This document shows, one piece after another, positions 19,208 to 28,889 of a stretch of 51,895 bases of DNA; position 1 is the first letter of the stretch, and each line of letters starts with the position of its first letter. The stretch lies in contig NZIV01000063.1 of assembly GCA_002689995.1 (NCBI GenBank), positions 21,010 through 72,904 on the forward strand, read 5' to 3'. The notes beneath the pieces are model-generated. The model was not told the DNA's origin and searched no databases. It saw nothing but the letters and a program-made list of their open reading frames with translations. The DNA comes from Fidelibacterota bacterium (GTDB taxonomy: Bacteria > Fidelibacterota > Marinisomatia > SCGC-AAA003-L08 > GCA-2689995). Made by a program: the position numbers and the translations under genes.

Positions 19208-20626
19208 TTGAGCGGAAAAACATTACAATTTAAAGACCATCAGAATATTATTAAAAATAGAATATACTCTGCACTTGAACTTTCAAAAAAATTGAAAAAA
19301 GAAACAATTGTATCTCACACATTCAGAATAGATGCAATTGATATACTACCTATGTTAACTCATCCAGCTGATAGACATTTAACACGAGTATACCTTGAAA
19401 AGCCATCAAATGGATTTTCTATGGCTGGAATGGGATCAACAATTAAAATTGATTTTAATGGTGATATTCAAAAATTTAATGATGAAATTTCTGATATTAA
19501 AAAGAGAATTGTTTATGAAAAAGGACAAGATTATCCTCTTCCTTCTTTTTTAGGTGGACACGCTTTTAATCCTGAAATGGTTGCTGATGAAACTTGGAGA
19601 AACTTTCCAAGAGGTCGATTTGTACTTCCAGAATGTTTAGCAACACAAAATGACGATGGAGCCTGGCTAACAATTTCAACTTTAGTAAATCAAAACGATA
19701 ATCTTCCAATGTTGATAAGCCGCTTTGTTAACTTATGTATACATTATGAAAATAGGATGCCTGTTACTTTGCCTCCAATTTCTAGTTTAGCAGTTGATAA
19801 ATTCAAAGATGTTCCAGATAATGATTCTTATTCTGATACAATCAATAAAATTCTTGAAAGGCTTAAACCTGGCAAGGTAGAGAAAGTTGTCTTATCTCGT
19901 TCTCATCACGTTAAAATTAGTGAAAATTTTAGTGTAATATCTGGAATGCAAGTTTTAAGAAATGCATATCCAAAATGCATGTCATTCTTTTTTTCATTTC
20001 CTAATGAAGGTATATTTTTTGGTTCTACACCTGAAAGCTTAATCCGTTTAAAAAATAAATCAATAGAAACTGAAGCACTTGCAGGGACTATTTCTAGAGG
20101 TAAAAATATGGAAGAAGATAGACTCTTAGCAGAAAAACTTAGATATAGTCATAAAGAATGTGAAGAACATAGATTTGTTTTAGAACAGATTTTACGTAAA
20201 CTAAAACCTATCACTAATCAATTAGATTTTTCTGATTATCCAGAAATCTTAAAATTGAAAAATGTCCAACATTTAAAAACACCAATATTTGGAAAATTAG
20301 AATCAAAGCAACATATTTTAAATATAGTCAAACAATTACATCCAACTCCTGCTGTTGCCGGAACACCTACATCCGATGCAATGAGTATCATTCAAAAACT
20401 TGAAACTCATGACCGTGGTTGGTATAGTGGACCACTTGGTTGGGCTGATGTAAATGGTGATGGAGAATTTTTTGTTGGACTACGTTCTGCATTAGTATCT
20501 GATAATACTGCTCATGTTTATGCCGGAGGTGGTATTGTTGCAGAATCAATAGCTGAACGTGAATGGGATGAAACTAAGTTAAAAATACAGCCAATTATTA
20601 CTGCATTATCTGGTGGACAAATTTAA
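19208..20626 (+). CDS. menF: Isochorismate synthase MenF
   Basis: KVVLSR, GSTPE, ALAGT, LHPTPAVAG and YAGGGIV motifs; adjacent to menD. Confidence 0.9.
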   Translation: MSGKTLQFKDHQNIIKNRIYSALELSKKLKKETIVSHTFRIDAIDILPMLTHPADRHLTRVYLEKPSNGFSMAGMGSTIKIDFNGDIQKFNDEISDIKKRIVYEKGQDYPLPSFLGGHAFNPEMVADETWRNFPRGRFVLPECLATQNDDGAWLTISTLVNQNDNLPMLISRFVNLCIHYENRMPVTLPPISSLAVDKFKDVPDNDSYSDTINKILERLKPGKVEKVVLSRSHHVKISENFSVISGMQVLRNAYPKCMSFFFSFPNEGIFFGSTPESLIRLKNKSIETEALAGTISRGKNMEEDRLLAEKLRYSHKECEEHRFVLEQILRKLKPITNQLDFSDYPEILKLKNVQHLKTPIFGKLESKQHILNIVKQLHPTPAVAGTPTSDAMSIIQKLETHDRGWYSGPLGWADVNGDGEFFVGLRSALVSDNTAHVYAGGGIVAESIAEREWDETKLKIQPIITALSGGQI

Positions 20627-22216
20627 TTGACAAATTTAGAATGGGCAAGAAATACAGCTGAAGCTTTATCAAGATTAGGAGTGAATCATGCTTGTATTTC
20701 TCCTGGTTCTCGTAATACACCTTTAAAAATTGCTTTTATCAATCATAAAAAGATTAACTGTCACTCAATTATTGATGAACGTTCCAGCGGGTTTTTGGCA
20801 TTAGGCCTTGCAAAATCAACTCAAAAACCTGTTGTAATAATTACAACTTCAGGTACAGCAACAGCTAACTTATATCCTGCAATTATTGAATCAAATTTAA
20901 GTCGTATCCCTATTTTAATTTTAACAGCTGATAGACCGCCGCACTTAGTCGGAACGGGTGCAAATCAGACAATTAACCAGCAAGATATATATGGTCAACA
21001 AGTTCGTGGATATATTGATATAGGATTACCACAACATCTTGAACACTTACTCATGATTTTAAAAAAATTCTATTTGCTTGCGGCAGGGTTAAGTCATTTT
21101 GGGGGAAAAATAAATCCTGCTGGACCAGTTCATTTAAACTTTCCATTTGATGAGCCACTTATCGAACAAAAAGATATTCAAAAAGTAAGTAAATTCAATG
21201 AAACTATCTATAATAGATTAAAAATTAATATGACTGGAAATTTAGTCAACCATAATTACGTTCCTGATAATTTGATAAACCAAATACTAACATCAAAAAA
21301 TACATTAATTGTATGTGGAGAAGGGTTAAATGAACAAGAATTAAGTTACTTAGTTAAATTTTCAGAAAAATATCAAATACCAATTTTTGCTGATGTTCTT
21401 TCGAACTTACGTTTTAAATATAAATCCAAATTTATTTTATGTCATTATAATAATTATTTAAATAAATTAAAAAAAGTGGAGTTAATAATCCGTTTTGGTA
21501 AAAAACCAAACTCCAAACTTCTAAATAATTTATTAGATAACAAAAGAAATATTGTAAATTTATTTGAACCTATTGGTAGATTTAATGATGACAGTCAACA
21601 TATTCATCCACATTCAATTTTAGGATTTCCATTATCAGGTGAAAAATTAAATCAATCGAATTTCAATCAAATTTTATTTGAACAAGAGAAAAGATATAAA
21701 TCAAACAATGAACATTATATAAACCATCTTTTAAATTTAATTCCAAAAAATTCTCAACTATTTATAGGCAATTCATTACCTATTAGAGAAATTGATAAAA
21801 TTGCTTCAAATTTAAAAAGAGAAATAAGTGTTTTAGGAAGCCGCGGTGCTAGTGGTATTGATGGTATTATATCAACAGCAATTGGCCTGTCAATTGCAAA
21901 TCCTGATAAAAATACCTTTTTAATAATTGGTGATGTGAGTTTTTTTTATGATTTATCTGCTTTACAATTAGCTAAAAGTTTAGGTGCCAATTTAAAAATT
22001 TTTGTCATAAATAATCGTGGTGGACAAATTTTTAATAAATTGCCTTATGCAAATTTTGGTATTAAAGATTTTAAGAAATTTTGGATTACTAACCCAAATC
22101 TAGATATTAAAAAAACAGCTGATTTATTTAATTTTTATTATTTCAGGGTTACGGATTATTATGAATTAAAAAAAATAAATCTGAAAAATCAACTAATTAC
22201 TGAAATAATAGTTTAA
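20627..22216 (+). CDS. menD: SEPHCHC synthase MenD
   Basis: ISPGSRNTPL, DERSSGFLALG, TSGTATANL, RGASGIDG and the GD...NN ThDP motif. Confidence 0.95.
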   Translation: MTNLEWARNTAEALSRLGVNHACISPGSRNTPLKIAFINHKKINCHSIIDERSSGFLALGLAKSTQKPVVIITTSGTATANLYPAIIESNLSRIPILILTADRPPHLVGTGANQTINQQDIYGQQVRGYIDIGLPQHLEHLLMILKKFYLLAAGLSHFGGKINPAGPVHLNFPFDEPLIEQKDIQKVSKFNETIYNRLKINMTGNLVNHNYVPDNLINQILTSKNTLIVCGEGLNEQELSYLVKFSEKYQIPIFADVLSNLRFKYKSKFILCHYNNYLNKLKKVELIIRFGKKPNSKLLNNLLDNKRNIVNLFEPIGRFNDDSQHIHPHSILGFPLSGEKLNQSNFNQILFEQEKRYKSNNEHYINHLLNLIPKNSQLFIGNSLPIREIDKIASNLKREISVLGSRGASGIDGIISTAIGLSIANPDKNTFLIIGDVSFFYDLSALQLAKSLGANLKIFVINNRGGQIFNKLPYANFGIKDFKKFWITNPNLDIKKTADLFNFYYFRVTDYYELKKINLKNQLITEIIV

Positions 22217-22243
22217 ATATCAAATTTTATTTTTTAATAAAAA

Positions 22244-22873
22244 TTATTTTAAACTCATTTTTAAACCAAATCCAATTAAAATAAATCCAAGTATAATTTC
22301 AATAGGTTTCTGTACTTTCAGAAATTGTAATTTAACTTTTTCATTATTTAAAAAAATTGCTATAATTGAAAACCAAATAAGACAGATTATAGAAATAATT
22401 AGCCCATAAATAATTTGAATAAAAACTGGTGTTTCTATATTAACAATTTGCGTAAATACACTCAAATAAAACATCGTCGCTTTGAAGTTAAGCATATTTG
22501 TAATAAATCCAGATTTAAATGATTCCCAATTTGATAAGCCTATTTTATTAAAAGATATAATATTTAACCTCTGCTGATTGCGGATTGAAGAGATTCCGAG
22601 ATATATCAAATAAACAGACCCAATAATTTTTAAAAATGTAAATATGTAAATTGATTGAGAAATTATTAAAGATATACCAGTTAAGGTATAAAATGTATGT
22701 ATCCATGTTGCACTAGAAATACCAATTGCTGTAAAAATTCCTGACTGCCTTGAACTAGATAAGCTGTTTTTAATAACCACTACAAAATCTGCACCTGGCG
22801 AAATAACAGCTAAAATAGTAATAGTTAGTACTGATAAAAATTCATTCAGAAATGGTAAGAAGTTTTCTAACAT
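22244..22873 (-). CDS. LysE/RhtB-family exporter
   Basis: SPGADF motif, GFITNMLNFKA; six-TM pattern. Confidence 0.9.
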   Translation of the reverse strand: MLENFLPFLNEFLSVLTITILAVISPGADFVVVIKNSLSSSRQSGIFTAIGISSATWIHTFYTLTGISLIISQSIYIFTFLKIIGSVYLIYLGISSIRNQQRLNIISFNKIGLSNWESFKSGFITNMLNFKATMFYLSVFTQIVNIETPVFIQIIYGLIISIICLIWFSIIAIFLNNEKVKLQFLKVQKPIEIILGFILIGFGLKMSLK

Positions 22874-24423
22874 TATTTTTTATAAACCAATTCACCATCA
22901 ACAAAAGTCATTAAAATCTCCGTATTTAAAATATCTCTTTCGCTACAAGTCGTTATATCTTGAGATAATATAGTTAGATCAGCATCATATCCTGGCAAAA
23001 TTTTACCTCTTCGATGTTCATCAAATCCACCATATGCAGCCCATGTTGTAAGCATTTTTAATGCTTCTATTCTACTTACTTTTTCTTGTGCCTGCCAACT
23101 TTCAACATTTGGATTATCAGGCGACTTTCGTGTTACTGCAGAAAAAAATTCCAAAATTGGATTTCCTTTTTCAATAGGACAATCAGAACCTCCCGGAATT
23201 TTTAGTCCAGCATTTAAGAAAGATTTCCATCTCGAAATTCTATGAATCCTTTTGTTTCCAATTCTCTGTTCCATCCAACGCATATCACTTGTACAATGTG
23301 AAGGCTGCATTGAAGGTAAAATATCATTTTTAACAAATTGCGGAATCTCTTCATCTCTTACCATTTGAGCATGCTCAACTCTCCATCTTTTATCATTTTT
23401 TCCACAAAGATATTTTTCATATGTATCCAAAACCAGTTTATTACCTTTGTCACCAATTGCATGGGTACAAAGTTGAAATCCATGATTATAACAATTATTC
23501 GCAAGTTTATCAAACTCATCTTTAGATAGTAAAATTAGACCAAAATTTCCACAATCATCATTGTATTCATCAAAAAGACAAGCACCACGACTTCCTAATG
23601 CTCCATCCATAAATGCTTTTACTGCACGAATAGTATAGCGATTATTTTTTAAAATTCCATTTTGGAACCATGGCTTTAGAAACTCTTTGTCGTTTCCATT
23701 TAACATTCCATAGCAGCGAATTGGAAAATTATCTTGTTTTATTAGACTTTGAATAGAGGTAACAATTAATGAATCTTGCCATGCATCATGAATACCAGTA
23801 ATTCCATTAGAGACTGTTTGTTTTATACCTTTTTCAATAAATCGTTTTACATCATTTTCAGTCTGCTTTGGTATATATTTTTCGATAGAATCCATTGCAT
23901 TATCAATAAATATACAATTATTAATAACCTCTCCACCAGCTGTAAAATCTAAACTTTCTTCAAATCCAGAAATTTGTCGTGCTCTTTTATTTACCCAAAT
24001 CGCATGACCATCAATACGTGTCAAAGAAATAGGATGATCAATACTAATATTATCTAAAACCTTTGCCAAAGGAAACTTATTATTTTCCCATAATGACTGA
24101 TCCCAACCTCTACCTAAGATCCAAGTTCCCTTTGGAAAATTTGATAAATTTTTACGAATTAAATTTACTATTTTTTGCGGAGAATCAATTCCTACAAGAT
24201 TAAAATTTTCTAAAAACTTGCCTAAGTTTGAAAGATGATAATGTGCATCAATAAAACCAGGTACAATTGTTGAACCTTTAAGGTCAATAGTTTTTGCAGA
24301 CAATAAATTCTGATTTAAGCCTTCTATTTTTCCATCTTTTATAATTATACTCTCGACTTTAGGCATATCTGGATGCAATGTAATAACATTCGCATTTATT
24401 AATTTTAGAGGTGAAATTTTCAT
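22873..24423 (-). CDS. Amidohydrolase (YtcJ-like, Amidohydro_3)
   Basis: PGFIDAHYH, HAIGD, RVEHAQ and GGSDCP motifs. Confidence 0.92.
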   Translation of the reverse strand: MKISPLKLINANVITLHPDMPKVESIIIKDGKIEGLNQNLLSAKTIDLKGSTIVPGFIDAHYHLSNLGKFLENFNLVGIDSPQKIVNLIRKNLSNFPKGTWILGRGWDQSLWENNKFPLAKVLDNISIDHPISLTRIDGHAIWVNKRARQISGFEESLDFTAGGEVINNCIFIDNAMDSIEKYIPKQTENDVKRFIEKGIKQTVSNGITGIHDAWQDSLIVTSIQSLIKQDNFPIRCYGMLNGNDKEFLKPWFQNGILKNNRYTIRAVKAFMDGALGSRGACLFDEYNDDCGNFGLILLSKDEFDKLANNCYNHGFQLCTHAIGDKGNKLVLDTYEKYLCGKNDKRWRVEHAQMVRDEEIPQFVKNDILPSMQPSHCTSDMRWMEQRIGNKRIHRISRWKSFLNAGLKIPGGSDCPIEKGNPILEFFSAVTRKSPDNPNVESWQAQEKVSRIEALKMLTTWAAYGGFDEHRRGKILPGYDADLTILSQDITTCSERDILNTEILMTFVDGELVYKK

Positions 24424-24624
24424 GCATTAATTTAATGCTTGCTAATGGCTAGCTCACTAAAAAAGAAGTACTTTTAAAAAAACTTATTAAGATGATGTAA
24501 ATTTAAAATATCTTATTTTTTTTAACGCTGTAGAAATATTATCCCTCTAATTTGATAATATCTATGAAATTAAGTAAATTTTAAACTAAATAATAAAGTT
24601 ATTTTAATAAAAGAGGAATATAAA

Positions 24625-26175
24625 ATGTTGAAAAAAATCACTATTATAATTACAATTCTTTCTCTCGGCTTATCATCAAACCTATCAGAAGTTGAAAGAG
24701 AAATGTTAAGTAATGAGGCTATGCAGAAAATGATGGCAGAAATTTTTAAAGAAGCAATGAAAGTAAAAAAGGATTTCCAATCCAATCAAATCAGGCAAGA
24801 GCTAATTGAAAATCTATCTTCTACTGCACCTAGAGAAGAATTCATTATTAATGCAGATTTGTCAACTGAACTATCTGAATCAAATCCTTCAGCTACCATA
24901 TATGTATCTACTGATAACCAAGAAACATGGATAAATTCAGAAAATATTGGCCCATTAAATGAGAATGGGTTTGAAACAACTTGGGGTACAACAGTTAATA
25001 CTGTCGATAGTGATGTTGTAAATTGGTATCTTTCTGGACTAATTAATTCTACTGCATTAGGCTTTGATTATGGAGAAATTATCGTTTCTCAATCTCCTCA
25101 AAATGTAAATAATCAATGGCCCCCAAATAATAATCTATATGCAACCCTAGTAAACGATGATACAGGTGATACAGACTCTGAACAAGATATTATAAGTCTT
25201 TCTGGTACCTATAGGTCTTCTGGAGAAGATATAGAAGAGTTATATGTTAAACTATCACTCAATAGCAGTTGCTGCAATGAAGGTTCAATATTTGGTCCTT
25301 GGTATCTCTATGGTGTAGGAATTGTAAATCCCGAATCAGAAGATGCAGTTGCCTATGCAATAGGCTATGCAGATGGTGGTTTTCTTGCTGGTAGTCAATT
25401 ATATCCTGGTCTATTAAAATTAACAGGAGATTTTGCTAGTGGCGAAATTGCAGGATTTGAGTATATAACACCTGATATAAATTACTCAACCGCTGGCAAT
25501 GATTTACAAGTATCTGTATTGTTAGATTATATTACTAATGATAGTCAATTTGGTCTATGGCCAAATTCATTACAAGGTTTAATTGTTTTAGGTGTGACTG
25601 TTTCTGCAGATCTTAGTTTTAGTACAAATATTCATGACCAAACAAATCCGGGTTTATTTTTACTTTCATCACAATATCAAAATGGAAATGTAGAGCCAAA
25701 TATCACAGATGGTGCCTATGATGATGAGACAATGACTCTTTCTGTAAATTACCAAGATGATGATGGTAATTTACCATGGTTTAAATCTGGTCAAATCTGC
25801 TATTCTGGAACTGATAATTGTTTTATTAACTTAAACTTAACTCCAAATAGTCATACTTATTTAGAAGGTGTTACATATTCAGGCTCCATTATTGATGAAG
25901 AAATTTCATCAGGTGATTATGACATTAAATTTTGGTTTGAAGATGACGATGAAATTGGTGTGCCACAAATCGTAATCCCTGTTACTATTGGTAGCTCTTG
26001 TGGAACTTTAGGCGACATAAATGGCGATAATAATATAAATGTTGTAGACGTTGTTACTATTGTTAATTATGTTCTAAATAATGATACTTCAGATTCATGC
26101 GCAGATCTTTCTAATGATGGACTAATTAATGTTGTAGATATTGTACAATTAGTAAATCTTATTCTTGGAGATTAA
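24625..26175 (+). CDS. Secreted acidic protein with C-terminal dockerin type I-like domain
   Basis: Signal peptide; GDINGDNNINVVDVV...ADLSNDGLINVVDIV duplicated Ca-binding repeats. Confidence 0.85.
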   Translation: MLKKITIIITILSLGLSSNLSEVEREMLSNEAMQKMMAEIFKEAMKVKKDFQSNQIRQELIENLSSTAPREEFIINADLSTELSESNPSATIYVSTDNQETWINSENIGPLNENGFETTWGTTVNTVDSDVVNWYLSGLINSTALGFDYGEIIVSQSPQNVNNQWPPNNNLYATLVNDDTGDTDSEQDIISLSGTYRSSGEDIEELYVKLSLNSSCCNEGSIFGPWYLYGVGIVNPESEDAVAYAIGYADGGFLAGSQLYPGLLKLTGDFASGEIAGFEYITPDINYSTAGNDLQVSVLLDYITNDSQFGLWPNSLQGLIVLGVTVSADLSFSTNIHDQTNPGLFLLSSQYQNGNVEPNITDGAYDDETMTLSVNYQDDDGNLPWFKSGQICYSGTDNCFINLNLTPNSHTYLEGVTYSGSIIDEEISSGDYDIKFWFEDDDEIGVPQIVIPVTIGSSCGTLGDINGDNNINVVDVVTIVNYVLNNDTSDSCADLSNDGLINVVDIVQLVNLILGD

Positions 26176-26220
26176 TTCAATTTAAAATTCTAATTGCTTC
26201 AATGTAGTTAATAAGTTCAT

Positions 26221-27456
26221 ATGAATACATATATATACGCTATTTCGTTTGCAATCCCAATATTTATAATCCTTATTTCTATTGAATGGATTATATCTAT
26301 ACAAAGAGGAATAATAATCAATAACTCAGCGGATATGATATCAAGCCTCAGCTCAGGACTTACTAATATCTTGAAAGATGGATTAAAAATTTCTGTTGCT
26401 CTTGTTAGCTATGATTGGTTAGTTAGTAAAATTAAAATAGTAGAATTTGACTCTATATTTTTTTCTATTTTCATCGCATTCTTAGTGAAAGATTTTGCTG
26501 GATATTGGATTCATAGAATGAATCATAGGGTAAATATTCTATGGAATAGACATATTATTCATCATAGTAGTGAGGAATTCAATCTATCCTGTGCTTTAAG
26601 GCAATCTATCTCCGGCATTGTATCTTTCGGTGCTATTTTCCTAATCCCTGCAGCTTTTCTTGGTATACCAACTTGGCTTTTTGCCATTATGGGCCCTATT
26701 CATTTATTTCTACAATTCTGGTATCATACCAAGTTAATTGATAGAATAGGTTTTCTTGAGCATATATTAGTTACACCTTCTCATCATAGAGTCCACCATG
26801 CTATAAACCCAGAATATATTGATAAAAATTATAGTCAAATTTTTATAATTTGGGATAAGTTTTTCGGAACTTTTCAAAAAGAATTAAAAGATGTACCGCC
26901 AATTTATGGAATCATCAGGCCTGCAGAAACATGGAATCCAATTATAATTAACTTTAAACATTTTGCCTCACTTCTAAGAGATGCAATTTATACAAAATAC
27001 TGGACTGATAAATTAAAATTATGGTTTATGCCAACAGGTTATAGGCCTAAAGATATTTCTATTATTAATCCAATTAAAACATTTACATATACTGGGAAAT
27101 TAAAAAAATATAAAACTAATAATTCTAGACTTCAAATTGGTTTGAGTTACTTCCAATTAGCTTTTACACTTACTATGATTTTTCATCTATTCAAATTACA
27201 AAATGAATTTGATACTTATCATATCTATCTATATGCAGGTATGATTTTTACAAATATTTTCAGTTATACATCTCATTTAGATAATAGTAAAATTATTTAT
27301 TTATCTGAATTTATAAAACTAACTCTAATAGGAATAATTTTATGGAAATTAAACTTTATATGGTTCAATTTAAATGTGATTGAAACGATTTTATTTATTA
27401 TAGTCCAGTTTATTACTATTGTGATTTACAGCTTTACATTAAAAAAAATCGAATGA
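26221..27456 (+). CDS. Fatty-acid hydroxylase/sterol desaturase family (alkylglycerol monooxygenase-like)
   Basis: His boxes HRMNH, HIIHHS and HHRVHH; NYSQIFIIWDKFFGT; extra C-terminal TM region. Confidence 0.88.
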   Translation: MNTYIYAISFAIPIFIILISIEWIISIQRGIIINNSADMISSLSSGLTNILKDGLKISVALVSYDWLVSKIKIVEFDSIFFSIFIAFLVKDFAGYWIHRMNHRVNILWNRHIIHHSSEEFNLSCALRQSISGIVSFGAIFLIPAAFLGIPTWLFAIMGPIHLFLQFWYHTKLIDRIGFLEHILVTPSHHRVHHAINPEYIDKNYSQIFIIWDKFFGTFQKELKDVPPIYGIIRPAETWNPIIINFKHFASLLRDAIYTKYWTDKLKLWFMPTGYRPKDISIINPIKTFTYTGKLKKYKTNNSRLQIGLSYFQLAFTLTMIFHLFKLQNEFDTYHIYLYAGMIFTNIFSYTSHLDNSKIIYLSEFIKLTLIGIILWKLNFIWFNLNVIETILFIIVQFITIVIYSFTLKKIE

Positions 27457-27481
27457 AACTCATATAAAGTAATATAGATAT

Positions 27482-28330
27482 TCAATCACTAAATTTTGTA
27501 CCTACGGGTTTACGATATTTTTGAAAGGGGATTAGAAGAAGGTTTTTTAGGCTATTGATTTCATGTTGATTCATGTGTGTATCTAATCCAAATTGTACGT
27601 TATCTAACTCTCCTACATGTGTATTTGTGCGAAAAAGATGGTCCCAAATTGAGAATATATTACCAAAATTATGGTCTGTATGCGGTAGAACATAGTGATG
27701 ATGTAAACGATGAAATCGTGGTGTTACAAAAATCCAAGAAAGTAACTTATCATATTTTTTAGGTGTTTCAAAGTTTGCATGCGAAAAATGAGCTGCAAAA
27801 GCTGAAATTGTCTGATAAAGCATTACTATTCCAATTGTTGCACCAGAAAATAAGACTGCTATTGTTGTAAAAGTCAGTCTAAAAACCGCTTCTATTGGAT
27901 GATGTCTTAATCCAGTAGTTACATCGACGTTTTGGTCCGTGTGATGGATAATATGAAATAACCACATAAATTTAATTTTATGCTCTAGCATATGAATTAA
28001 CCATGCTCCTATGAAATCAAGTACAATAATAGCAATAATTACTTTAAACCATAACGGCATATCTACTATTTGATTAAGATTAATTAATCCCGCTTGATTT
28101 GATAAATTATATTCTGCAGTTTTAAAAATAAGTCCAGCTCCTACAAGATTTATTAATAATGTCATAATAGTTAAAGATAAATTTAATAGTCCATGATTAA
28201 ATTTTTTATATTCAAAATGGATAGAGGGGATACCTTTTTCTAAAATTAAAAAAAATGATAATCCAAAAACTATAAAAATAGTCCTTATTGATGAAGGTAT
28301 TGATTCGAAATATATAATTAAGTTTTCCAT
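27482..28330 (-). CDS. Fatty-acid hydroxylase/sterol desaturase family protein
   Basis: HMLEH, HIIHH and HRLHH boxes. Start moved to ATG 28330, just after the yjbQ stop. Confidence 0.88.
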   Translation of the reverse strand: MENLIIYFESIPSSIRTIFIVFGLSFFLILEKGIPSIHFEYKKFNHGLLNLSLTIMTLLINLVGAGLIFKTAEYNLSNQAGLINLNQIVDMPLWFKVIIAIIVLDFIGAWLIHMLEHKIKFMWLFHIIHHTDQNVDVTTGLRHHPIEAVFRLTFTTIAVLFSGATIGIVMLYQTISAFAAHFSHANFETPKKYDKLLSWIFVTPRFHRLHHHYVLPHTDHNFGNIFSIWDHLFRTNTHVGELDNVQFGLDTHMNQHEINSLKNLLLIPFQKYRKPVGTKFSD

Positions 28331-28332
28331 TA

Positions 28333-28752
28333 TTATTCTCCAATAATTTTTACTAATATACGCTTTTGACGGCAACCATCAAATTCTCCATAAAAAATTT
28401 GTTCCCATGTTCCAAAATGTAGGAATCCATTTGTAATCGCTACAACAACTTCTCTACCCATTATTTGTCTTTTATGGTGTGCATCACCATTATCTTCTCC
28501 TGTTAAATTATGATCATAGAGTGATAATGGCTCATGTGGTGCTAATTTTTCTAACCATTTTTTATAATCTCTATGGAGACCTTCCTCGTTATCATTTATA
28601 AAAACAGATGCTGTTATATGCATTGCATTCACTAGGCATAAACCTTCTTTAATTCCTGATCCATTCAAACAAATTTCAATATCTGATGTAATATTAATAA
28701 ACTCCATTCGATTTTGAGTATTAAAATAAAGTTCTTTATAATACGATTTCAT
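28333..28752 (-). CDS. yjbQ: YjbQ/UPF0047 family protein
   Basis: [17 protein letters not shown] and [13 protein letters not shown] motifs. Confidence 0.9.
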   Translation of the reverse strand: MKSYYKELYFNTQNRMEFINITSDIEICLNGSGIKEGLCLVNAMHITASVFINDNEEGLHRDYKKWLEKLAPHEPLSLYDHNLTGEDNGDAHHKRQIMGREVVVAITNGFLHFGTWEQIFYGEFDGCRQKRILVKIIGE

Positions 28753-28889
28753 AAATCTCCATTTTTAAATATTATAATATTTTTGTTTCATATTGAATAA
28801 TTAATTTAATTAACTCATTGCTCTAAAGTTTAATAAATTTAAAGATAATTAAAACAAAATTTTCACCTAAAATATTTAAAGGAATTAAC

